Shown here one piece after another: positions 25,181 through 37,169 of a stretch of DNA of 64,000 bases. The notes under the pieces are model-generated. The model did not search any database, was not told where the DNA came from, and saw only the letters and a list, made by a program, of their open reading frames with translations. Origin of the DNA: Eledone cirrhosa (lineage: Eukaryota); assembly GCA_964016885.1 (NCBI GenBank), contig OZ024741.1, positions 408,146,001 through 408,210,000 of the forward strand, written 5' to 3'. Each line of letters starts with the position of its first letter. Position 1 is the first letter of the stretch. Position numbers and translations under genes: made by a program.

Positions 25181-28100
25181 GTTGGGTGGATGGCTGGGTA
25201 ACTGGAAGGTTAGCAGGTTTGTTGGGTGGATGGCTGGGTAACTGGAAGATTAACAGGTTTGTTGGGTGGATGGCTGGGTAACTGGAAGGTTAACAGGTAA
25301 GTTGGGTGGATGGCTGGGTAACTGGAAGGTTAACAGGTTTGTTGGGTGGATGGCTGGGTAACTGGAAGGTTAATAGGTTTGTTGGCTGGATGGCTGGGTG
25401 ACTGGAAGGTTAGCCGGTTTGTTGGGTGGATGGCTGGTTACCGGAAGGTTAACAGGTTTTTTGGGTGGAGGGCTGGGCAACTGGAAGGATAGCAGATCTG
25501 TTGGGTGGATATCTGGGTAACTTGAAGTTTAGCAGGTTTGTTGGGTGCATGGCTGGATTACTGGAAGGTTAGCAGGTTTGTTGGGTGGATGGCTGGGTAA
25601 CTGGAAGGTTAGCAGGTTTGTTGGATGGATGGCTGGGTACTGAAAGGTTAGCAGGATTGTTGGGTAGATGGCTAGGTAACTGGAAGGTTAGATGGTGTGT
25701 TGGGTGGATGTCTGGGTAACTGGAAGGTTAGCAGGTTTGTTGGGTGGATGGCTGAGTAACTGGAAGGTTAGCAGTTTTGTTGGGTGGATGGCTGGGTATT
25801 TGGAAGATTAGCAGGTTTGTTGGGTGGATTGCTGGGTAACTGGAAGATTAGCAGGTTTGTTGGGTGGATGGCTGGGTAACTGGGAGGTTAACAGGTCTGT
25901 TGGGTGGATGGCTGAGTAACTGGAAGGTTAACAGTTTGTTGGGTGGATGGCTGGGTAACTGGAAGCTTAACAGGTTTGTTGGGTGGATGGCTGGGTAACT
26001 GGAAGGTTAATAGGTTTGTTGGCTGGATGCCTGGGTAACTGGAAGGTTAGCAGGTTTGTTGGGTGGATGGCTGGGTACCGGATGGTTAACAGGTTTTTTG
26101 GGTGGAGGGCTGGGTAACTGGAAGGTTAGCAGATTTGTTGGGTGGATGCCTGGGTGCTTGGAAGTTTAGCAGGTTTGTTGGGTGCATGGCTGGGTTACTG
26201 GAAGGTTAGCAGGTTTGTTGGGCGGATGGCTGGGTAACTGGAAGTTTAACAGGTCTGTTGGGTGGATGGCAGAGTAACTGGAAGGTTAACAGGTATGTTG
26301 GGTGGATGGCTGAGTAACTGGAAGGTTAGCAGGTTTGTTGGGTGGATGGCTGAGTAACTGGTAGGTTAACAGGTTTGTTTGGTGGGTGGCTGGGTAACTG
26401 GAAGATTAACAGGTTTGTTGGGTGGATGGCTGGGTAACTGGAAGGTTAACAGGTAAGTTGGGTGGATGGCTGGGTAACTGGAAGGTTAACAGGTTTGTTG
26501 GGTGGATGGCTGGGTAACTGGAAGGTTAACAGGTTTGTTGGGTGGATGGCTGAGTAACTGGAAGGTTAGCAGGTTTGTTGGGTGGATGGCTGAGTAACTG
26601 GAAGGTTAACAGGTTTGTTGGGTGGATCGCTGAGTAACTGGAAGGTTAACAGGTTTGTTGGGTGGATCGCTGAGTAACTGGAAGGTTAACAGTTTTTTTG
26701 GGTGGATGGCTGAGTAACTGGAAGGTTAACAGGTTTGTTGGGTGGATCGCTGAGTAACTGGAAGGTTAACAGTTTTTTTGGGTGGATGGCTGAGTCACTG
26801 GTAGGTTAACAGGTTTGTTTGGTGGGTGGCTGGTTAACTGGAAGATTAACAGGTTTGTTGGGTGGATGGCTGGGTAACTGGAAGGTTAACAGTTAAGTTG
26901 GGTGGAATGCTGGGTAACAGGAAGGTTAACAGGTTTGTTGGGTGGATGGCTGGGTAACTGGAAGGTTTACAGGTTTGTTGGGTGGATGGCTGGTTAACTG
27001 GAAGGTTAATAGGTTTGTTGGGTGGATGGCTGAGTAACTGGAAGGTTAATAGGTTTGTTGGGTGGATGGCTGAGTAACTGGAAGGTTAATAGGTTTGTTG
27101 GGTGGATGGCTGGGTAACTGGAAGGTTAACAGTTTTGTTGGGTGGATTCATGGGTAACTGGAAGGTTAGCAGGATTGTTGGGTGGATGGCTGAGTAACTG
27201 GAAGGTTAACAGGTTTGTTGGGTGGATGGCTGGGTAACTCGAAGATTAGCAGGTTTGTTGAGTGGATGGCTGGGTAACTGGAAGTTTAGCAGGTTTGATG
27301 GGTGGATGGCTGAGTAACTGGAAGGTTAACAGGTTTGTTGGGTGGATGGCTGGGTAACTGGAAGGTTAGCAGGTTTGTTGGGTGGATGGCTGGGTAACTG
27401 GAAGATTAACAGGTTTGTTGGGTGGATGGTGGGTAACTGGAAGGTTAACAGGTAAGTTGGGTGGATGGCTGGGTAACTGGAAGGTTAACAGTTTTGTTGG
27501 GTGGATGGCTGGGTAACTGGAAGGTTAATAGGTTTGTTGGCTGGATGGCTGAGTAACTGGAAGGTTAGCAGGTTTGTTGGGTGGATGGTTGGGTACCGGA
27601 AGGTTAACAGGTTTTTTGGGTGGAGGGCTGGGTAACTGGAAGTTTAGCAGATTTGTTGGGTGGATACCTGGGTAACTGGAAGTTTAGCAGGTTTGTCGGG
27701 GGCATGGCTGGGTTACTGGAAGGTTAGCAGGTTTGTTGGGTGGATGGCTGGATAACTGGAAGGTTAGCAGGTTTGTTGGATGGATGGCTGGGTACTGAAA
27801 GGTTAGCAGGATTGTTGGGTAGATGGCTAGGTAACTGGAAGGTTAGCTGGTTTGTTGAGTGGATGGCTGGGTAACTGGAAGGTTAGCAGGTTTGTTGGGT
27901 GGATGGCTGAGTAACTGGAAGGTTAGCAGTTTTGTTGGGTGGATGGCTGGGTTTGTGGAAGATTAGCAGGTTTGTTGGGTGGATGGCTGGGTAACTGGAA
28001 GATTAGCAGGTTTGTTGGGTGGATGGCTTGGTAACTGGAAGGTTAACAGTTCTGTTGGGTGGATGGCTGAGTAACTGGAAGGTTAACAGGTTTGTTGGGT

Positions 28101-31100
28101 GGATGGCTGAGTAACTGGAAGGTTAGCAGGTTTGTTGGGTGGATGGCTGAGTAACTGGTAGGTTAACAGGTTTGTTTGGTGGGTGGCTGGGTAACTGGAA
28201 GATTAACAGGTTTGTTGGGTGGATGGCTGGGTAACTGGAAGGTTAACAGGTAAGTTGGGTGGATGGCTGGGTAACTGGAAGGTTAACAGGTTTGTTGGGT
28301 GGATGGCTGTGTAACTGGAAGGTTAACAGGTTTGTTGGGTGGATGGCTGAGTAACTGGAAGTTTAGCAGGTTTGTTGGGTGGATGGCTGAGTAACTGGAA
28401 GGTTAACAGGTTTGTTGGGTGGATGGCTGAGTAACTGGAAGGTTAACAGGTTTGTAGGGTGGATGGCTGAGTAACTGGAAGGTTAACAGGTTTGTTGGGT
28501 GGATGGTTGGGTAACTGGGAGGATAGCAGGTTTGTTGGGTGGATGGCTGAGTAACTGGAAGGTTAACAGGTATGTTGGGTGGATGGCTGAGTAACTGGAA
28601 GGTTAGCAGGTTTGTTGGGTGGATGGCTGAGTAACTGGTAGGTTAACAGGTTTGTTTGGTGGGTGGCTGGATAACTGGAAGATTAACAGGTTTGTTGGGT
28701 GGATGGCTAGGTAACTGGAAGTTTAGCTGGTTTGTTGGGTGGATGGCTGAGTGCTGGAAGGTTAGCAGTTTTGTTGGGTGGATGGCTGGGTATTTGGAAG
28801 ATTAGCAGTTTTGTTGGGTGGATGGCTGGGTACCTGGAAGATTAGCAGGTTTGTTGGGTGGATGGCTGGGTAACTGGAAGGTTAGCAATTTTGTTGGGTG
28901 GATGGCTGAGTAACTGGAAGGTTAACAGTTTTGTTGGGTGGATTCCTGGGTAACTGGAAGGTTAGCAGGTTTGTTGGGTGGATGGCTGAGTAACTGGAAG
29001 ATTAACAGGTTTGTTGGGTGGATGGCTGAGTAACTGGAAGATTAACAGGTTTGTTGGGTGGATGGCTGGGTAACTGGAAGGTTAACAGGTTTGTTGGGTG
29101 GATGGCTGAGTAACTGGAAGGTTAGCAGGTTTGTTGGGTGGATGGCTGAGTAACTGGAAGGTTAACAGTTTTGTTGGGTGGATGGCTGAGTAACTGGTAG
29201 GTTAACAGGTTTGTTTGGTGGGTGGCTGGTTAACTGGAAGATTAACAGGTTTGTTGGGTGGATGGCTGGGTAACTGGAAGGTTAACAGGTAAGTTGGGTG
29301 GAATGCTGGGTAACTGGAAGGTTAACAGGTTTGTTGGGTGGATGGCTGGGTAACTGGAAGGTTTACAGGTTTGTTGGGTGGATGGCTGGTTAACTGGAAG
29401 GTTAGCAGGTTTGTTGGGTGGATGGATGGGTAACTGGAACTTAGCAGGTTTGTTGGGTGGATGGCTGAGTAACTGGAAGGTTGACAGTTTTGTTGGGTGG
29501 ATTCATGGGTAACTGGAAGGTTAGCAGGATTGTTGGGTGGATGGCTGAGTAACTGGAAGGTTAACAGGTTTGTTGGGTGGATGGCTGGGTAACTCGAAGA
29601 TTAGCAGGTTTGTTGAGTGGATGGCTGGGTAACTGGAAGTTTAGCAGATTTGTTGGGTGGATGACTGAGATACTGGAAGGTTAACAGGTTTGTTGGGTGG
29701 ATGGCTGGGTAACTGGAAGGTTAGCAGGTTTGTTGGGTGGATGGCTGGGTAACTGGAAGATTAGCAGGTTTGTTTGGTGGATGGCTGGGTAACTGGAAGG
29801 TTAGCAGGTTTGTTGGGTGGATGGCTGAGTAACTGGAAGGTTAACAGGTTTGTTGGGTGGATGGCTGAGTAACTGGAAGGTTAATAGGTTTGTTGGGTGG
29901 ATGGCTGAGTAACTGGAAGGTTAATAGGTTTGTTGGGTGGATGGCTGAGTAACTGGCAGGTTAACAGATTTGTTGGGTGGATGGCTGGGTATCTGGAAGG
30001 TTAGCAGTTTTGTTGGGTGGATGGCTGAGTAACTGGAAGGTTAACAGTTTTGTTGGATGGATTCCTGGGTAACTGGAAGGTTAGCAGGTTTGTTGGCTGG
30101 ATGGCTGGGTAACTGGAAGGTTAGCAGGTTTGTTGGGTGGATGGCTGAGTAACTGGAAGGTTAACAGTTTTGTTGGGTGGATGGCTGAGTAACTGGAAGG
30201 TTAATAGGTTTGTTCGGCGGATGGCTGAGTAACTGGAAGGTTAATAGGTTTGTTGGGTGGATGGCTGGGTAACTGGAAGGTTAGTAGGTTTGTTGGGTGG
30301 ATGGATGGGTAACTGGAACTTAGCAGGATTGTTCGGTGGATGGCTGAGTAACTGGAAGGTTAACAGGTTTGTTGGGTAGATGGCTGGGTAACTCGTAGAT
30401 TAGCAGGTTTGTTGGGTGGATGGCTGGGTAACTGGAAGGTTAGCAGGTTTGTTGGGTGGATGGCTGAGTAACTGGAAGGTTAACAGGTTTGTTGGGTGGA
30501 TGGCTGGGTAACTGGAAGGTTAGCAGGTTTGTTGGGTGGATGGCTGGGTAACTGGAAGATTAACAGGTTTGATGGGTGGATGGCTGGGTAACTGGAAGAT
30601 TAGCAGGTTTGTTGGGTGGATGGCTGAGTCACTGGTAGGTTAACAGGTTTGTTTGGTGGGTGGCTGGTTAACTGGAAGATTAACAGGTTTGTTGGGTGGA
30701 TGGCTGGGTAACTGGAAGGTTAACAGGTAAGTTGGGTGGAATGCTGGGTAACTGGAAGGTTAACAGATTTGTTGGGTGGATGGCTGGGTAACTGGAAGGT
30801 TTACAGGTTTGTTGGGTGGATGGCTGGTTAACTGGAAGGTTAATAGGTTTGTTGGGTGGATGGCTGAGTAACTGGAAGGTTAATAGGTTTGTTGGGTGGA
30901 TGGCTGAGTAACTGGAAGGTTAATAGGTTTGTTGGGTGGATGGCTGAGTAACTGGCAGGTTAATAGATTTGTTGGGTGGATGGCTGGGTAACTGGAAGGT
31001 TAGCAGTTTTGTTCGGTGGATGGCTGAGTAACTGGAAGGTTAACAGTTTTGTTGGGTGGATTCCTGGGTAACTGGAAGGTTAGCAGGTTTGTTGGGTGGA

Positions 31101-34100
31101 TGGCTGAGTAACTGGAAGGTTAACAGGTTTGTTGGGTGGATGGCTGAGTAACTGGAAGGTTAATAGGTATGTTGGGTGGATGGCTGGGTAACTCGAAGAT
31201 TAGCAGGTTTGTTGAGTGGATGGCTGGGTAACTGGAAGTTTAGCAGGTTTGTTGGGTGGATGGCTGAGTAACTGGAAGGTTAACAGGTTTGTTGGGTGGA
31301 TGGCTGGGTAACTGGAAGGTTAGCAGGTTTGTTGGGTGGATGGCTGGGTAACTGGAAGATTAACAGGTTTGTTGGGTGGATGGCTGGGTAACTGGAAGGT
31401 TAACAGGTAAGTTGGGTGGATGGTTGGGTAACTGGAAGGTTAACAGGTTTGTTGGGTGGATGGCTGGGTAACTGGAAGGTTAATAGGTTTGTTGGCTGGA
31501 TGGCTGGGTGACTGGAAGGTTAGCCGGTTTGTTGGGTGGATGGCTGGTTACCGGAAGGTTAACAGGTTTTTTGGGTGGATGGCTGGGCAACTGGAAGGAT
31601 AGCAGATCTGTTGGGTGGATACCTGGGTAACTTGAAGTTTAGCAGGTTTGTTGGGTGCATGGCTGGATTACTGGAAGGTTAGCAGGTTTGTTGGGTGGAT
31701 GGCTGGGTAACTGGAAGGTTAGCAGGTTTGTTGGATGGATGGCTGGGTACTGAAAGGTTAGCAGGATTGTTGGGTAGATGGCTAGGTAACTGGAAGGTTA
31801 CATGGTTTGTTGGGTGGATGTCTGGGTAACTGGAAGGTTAGCAGGTTTGTTGGGTGGATGGCTGAGTAACTGGAAGGTTAGCAGTTTTGTTGGGTGGATG
31901 GCTGGGTATTTGGAAGATTAGCAGGTTTGTTGGGTGGATTGCTGGGTAACTGGAAGATTAGCAGGTTTGTTGGGTGGATGGCTGGGTAACTGGGAGGTTA
32001 ACAGGTCTGTTGGGTGGATGGCTGAGTAACTGGAAGGTTAACAGGTTTGTTGGGTGGATGGCTGGGTAACTGGAAGCTTAACAGGTTTGTTGGGTGGATG
32101 GCTGGGTAACTGGAAGGTTAATAGGTTTGTTGGCTGGATGGCTGGGTAACTGGAAGGTTAGCAGGTTTGTTGGGTGGATGGCTGGGTACCGGATGGTTAA
32201 CAGGTTTTTTGGGTGGAGGGCTGGGTAACTGGAAGGTTAGCAGATTTGTTGGGTGGATGCCTGGGTGCTTGGAAGTTTAGCAGGTTTGTTGGGTGCATGG
32301 CTGGGTTACTGGAAGGTTAGCAGGTTTGTTGGGCGGATGGCTGGGTAACTGGAAGTTTAACAGGTCTGTTGGGTGGATGGCAGAGTAACTGGAAGGTTAA
32401 CAGGTATGTTGGGTGGATGGCTGAGTAACTGGAAGGTTAGCAGGTTTGTTGGGTGGATGGCTGAGTAACTGGTAGGTTAACAGGTTTGTTTGGTGGGTGG
32501 CTGGGTAACTGGAAGATTAACAGGTTTGTTGGGTGGATGGCTGGGTAACTGGAAGGTTAACAGGTAAGTTGGGTGGATGGCTGGGTAACTGGAAGGTTAA
32601 CAGGTTTGTTGGGTGGATGGCTGGGTAACTGGAAGGTTAACAGGTTTGTTGGGTGGATGGCTGAGTAACTGGAAGGTTAGCAGGTTTGTTGGGTGGATGG
32701 CTGAGTAACTGGAAGGTTAACAGGTTTGTTGGGTGGATCGCTGAGTAACTGGAAGGTTAACAGGTTTGTTGGGTGGATCGCTGAGTAACTGGAAGGTTAA
32801 CAGTTTTTTTGGGTGGATGGCTGAGTAACTGGAAGGTTAACAGGTTTGTTGGGTGGATTGCTGAGTAACTGGAAGGTTAACAGTTTTTTTGGGTGGATGG
32901 CTGAGTCACTGGTAGGTTAACAGGTTTGTTTGGTGGGTGGCTGGTTAACTGGAAGATTAACAGGTTTGTTGGGTGGATGGCTGGGTAACTGGAAGGTTAA
33001 CAGTTAAGTTGGGTGGAATGCTGGGTAACTGGAAGGTTAACAGGTTTGTTGGGTGGATGGCTGGGTAACTGGAAGGTTTACAGGTTTGTTGGGTGGATGG
33101 CTGGTTAACTGGAAGGTTAATAGGTTTGTTGGGTGGATGGCTGAGTAACTGGAAGGTTAATAGGTTTGTTGGGTGGATGGCTGAGTAACTGGAAGGTTAA
33201 TAGGTTTGTTGGGTGGATGGCTGGGTAACTGGAAGGTTAACAGTTTTGTTGGGTGGATTCATGGGTAACTGGAAGGTTAGCAGGATTGTTGGGTGGATGG
33301 CTGAGTAACTGGAAGGTTAACAGGTTTGTTGGGTGGATGGCTGGGTAACTCGAAGTTTAGCAGGTTTGTTGAGTGGATGGCTGGGTAACTGGAAGTTTAG
33401 CAGGTTTGATGGGTGCATGGCTGAGTAACTGGAAGGTTAACAGGTTTGTTGGGTGGATGGCTGGGTAACTGGAAGGTTAATAGGTTTGTTGGGTGGATGG
33501 CTGAGTAACTGGAAGGTTAATAGGTTTGTTGGGTGGATGGCTGAGTAACTGGAAGGTTAATAGGTTTGTTGGGTGGATGGCTGGGTAACTGGAAGGTTAA
33601 CAGTTTTGTTGGGTGGATTCATGGGTAACTGGAAGGTTAGCAGGATTGTTGGGTGGATGGCTGAGTAACTGGAAGGTTAACAGGTTTGTTGGGTGGATGG
33701 CTGGGTAACTCGAAGATTAGCAGGTTTGTTGAGTGGATGGCTGGGTAACAGGAAGTTTAGCAGGTTTGTTGGGTGGATGGCTGAGTAACTGGAAGGTTAA
33801 CAGGTTTGTTGGGTGGATGGCTGGGTAACTGGAAGGTTAGCAGGTTTGTTGGGTGGATGGCTGGGTAACTGGAAGATTAACAGGTTTGTTGGGTGGATGG
33901 CTGGGTAACTGGAAGGTTAACAGGTAAGTTGGGTGGATGGCTGGGTAACTGGAAGGTTAACAGGTTTGTTGGGTGGATGGCTGGGTAACTGGAAGGTTAA
34001 TAGGTTTGTTGGCTGGATGGCTGGGTAACTGGAAGGTTAGCAGGTTTGTTGGGTGGATGGCTGGGTACCGGAAGGTTAACAGGTTTTTTGGGTGGAGGGC

Positions 34101-37100
34101 TGGGTAACTGGAAGGTTAGCAGAATTGTTGGGTGGATACCGGGGTAACTGGAAGTTTAGCAGGTTTGTTGGGTGCATGGCTGGGTTACTGGAAGGTTAGC
34201 AGGTTTGTTGGGTGGATGGCAGAGTAACTGGAAGGTTAGCAGGTTTGTTGGATGGATGGCTGGGTACTGAAAGGTTAGCAGGATTGTTGGGTAGATGGCT
34301 AGGTAACTGGAAGGTTAGCTGGTTTGTTGGGTGGATGGCTGGGTAACTGGAAGGTTAGCAGATTTGTTGGGTGGATGGCTGAGTAACTGGAAGGTTAGCA
34401 GTTTTGTTGGGTGGATGGCTGGGTATTTGGAAGATTAGCAGGTTTGTTGGGTGGATGGCTGGGTAACTGGAAGATTAGCAGGTTTGTTGGGTGGATGGCT
34501 GGGTAACTGGAAGGTTAACAGTTCTGTTGGGTGGATGGCTGAGTAACTGGAAGGTTAACAGGTTTGTTGGGTGGATGGCTGGTTAACTGGAAGGTTAATA
34601 GGTTTGTTGGGTGGATGGCTGAGTAACTGGAAGGTTAATAGGTTTGTTGGGTGGATGGCTGAGTAACTGGAAGGTTAATAGGTTTGTTGGGTGGATGGCT
34701 GAGTAACTGGCAGGTTAATAGATTTGTTGGGTGGATGGCTGGGTAACTGGAAGGTTAGCAGTTTTGTTGGGTGGATGGCTGAGTAACTGGAAGGTTAACA
34801 GTTTTGTTGGGTGGATTCCTGGGTAACTGGAAGGTTAGCAGGTTTGTTGGGTGGATGGCTGAGTAACTGGAAGGTTAACAGGTTTGTTGGGTGGATGGCT
34901 GAGTAACTGGAAGGTTAATAGGTATGTTGGGTGGATGGCTGGGTAACTCGAAGATTAGCAGGTTTGTTGAGTGGATGGCTGGGTAACTGGAAGTTTAGCA
35001 GGTTTGTTGGGTGGATGGCTGAGTAACTGGAAGGTTAACAGGTTTGTTGGGTGGATGGCTGGGTAACTGGAAGGTTAGCAGGTTTGTTGGGTGGATGGCT
35101 GAGTAACTGGAAGGTTAACAGGTTTGTTGGGTGGATGGCTGGGTAACTCGAAGATTAGCAGGTTTGTTGAGTGGATGGCTGGGTGACAGGAAGTTTAGCA
35201 GGTTTGTTGGGTGGATGGCTGAGTAACTGGAAGGTTAACAGGTTTGTTGGGTGGATGGCTGGGTAACTCGAAGATTAGCAGGTTTGTTGAGTGGATGGCT
35301 GGGTAACAGGAAGTTTAGCAGGTTTGTTGGGTGGATGGCTGAGTAACTGGAAGGTTAACAGGTTTGTTGGGTGGATGGCTGGGTAACTGGAAGGTTAGCA
35401 GGTTTGTTGGGTGGATGGCTGGGTAACTGGAAGATTAACAGGTTTGTTGGGTGGATGGCTGGGTAACTGGAAGGTTAACAGGTAAGTTGGGTGGATGGCT
35501 GGGTAACTGGAAGGTTAACAGGTTTGTTGGGTGGATGGCTGGGTAACTGGAAGGTTAATAGGTTTGTTGGCTGGATGGCTGGGTGACTGGAAGGTTAGCC
35601 GGTTTGTTGGGTGGATGGCTGGTTACCGGAAGGTTAACAGGTTTTTTGGGTGGAGGGCTGGGCAACTGGAAGGATAGCAGATCTGTTGGGTGGATACCTG
35701 GGTAACTTGAAGTTTAGCAGGTTTGTTGGGTGCATGGCTGGATTACTGGAAGGTTAGCAGGTTTGTTGGGTGGATGGCTGGGTAACTGGAAGGTTAGCAG
35801 GTTTGTTGGATGGATGGCTGGGTATGAAAGGTTAGCAGGATTGTTGGGTAGATGGCTAGGTAACTGGAAGGTTAGATGGTTTGTTGGGTGGATGTCTGGG
35901 TAACTGGAAGGTTAGCAGGTTTGTTGGGTGGATGGCTGAGTAACTGGAAGGTTAGCAGTTTTGTTGGGTGGATGGCTGGGTATTTGGAAGATTAGCAGGT
36001 TTGTTGGGTGGATTGCTGGGTAACTGGAAGATTAGCAGGTTTGTTGGGTGGATGGCTGGGTAACTGGGAGGTTAACAGGTCTGTTGGGTGGATGGCTGAG
36101 TAACTGGAAGGTTAACAGTTTTGTTGGGTGGATGGCTGGGTAACTGGAAGCTTAACAGGTTTGTTGGGTGGATGGCTGGGTAACTGGAAGGTTAATAGGT
36201 TTGTTGGCTGGATGGCTGGGTAACTGGAAGGTTAGCAGGTTTGTTGGGTGGATGGCTGGGTACCAGATGGTTAACAGGTTTTTTGGGTGGAGGGCTGGGT
36301 AACTGGAAGGTTAGCAGATTTGTTGGGTGGATGCCTGGGTGCTTGGAAGTTTAGCAGGTTTGTTGGGTGCATGGCTGGGTTACTGGAAGGTTAGCAGGTT
36401 TGTTGGGCGGATGGCTGGGTAACTGGAAGTTTAACAGGTCTGTTGGGTGGATGGCAGAGTAACTGGAAGGTTAACAGGTATGTTGGGTGGATGGCTGAGT
36501 AACTGGAAGGTTAGCAGGTTTGTTGGGTGGATGGCTGAGTAACTGGTAGGTTAACAGGTTTGTTTGGTGGGTGGCTGGGTAACTGGAAGATTAACAGGTT
36601 TGTTGGGTGGATGGCTGGGTAACTGGAAGGTTAACAGGTAAGTTGGGTGGATGGCTGGGTAACTGGAAGGTTAACAGGTTTGTTGGGTGGATGGCTGGGT
36701 AACTGGAAGGTTAACAGGTTTGTTGGGTGGATGGCTGAGTAACTGGAAGGTTAGCAGGTTTGTTGGGTGGATGGCTGAGTAACTGGAAGGTTAACAGGTT
36801 TGTTGGGTGGATCGCTGAGTAACTGGAAGGTTAACAGGTTTGTTGGGTGGATCGCTGAGTAACTGGAAGGTTAACAGTTTTTTTGGGTGGATGGCTGAGT
36901 AACTGGAAGGTTAACAGGTTTGTTGGGTGGATCGCTGAGTAACTGGAAGGTTAACAGGTTTTTGGGTGGATGGCTGAGTCACTGGTAGGTTAACAGGTTT
37001 GTTTGGTGGGTGGCTGGTTAACTGGAAGATTAACAGGTTTGTTGGGTGGATGGCTGGGTAACTGGAAGGTTAACAGTTAAGTTGGGTGGAATGCTGGGTA

Positions 37101-37169
37101 ACTGGAAGGTTAACAGGTTTGTTGGGTGGATGGCTGGGTAACTGGAAGGTTTACAGGTTTGTTGGGTGG

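Larger units (their letters stand above)
19700..27350 (+). repeat. Nested direct duplication inside copy A: about 19.7-22.3 kb repeated at about 24.7-27.35 kb
   Basis: GGTATG 20063/25056 and GTGACT...TAGCCGG 20405/25398 (offset 4993); GTTTGATG 22221/27293 (5072). Confidence 0.82.
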
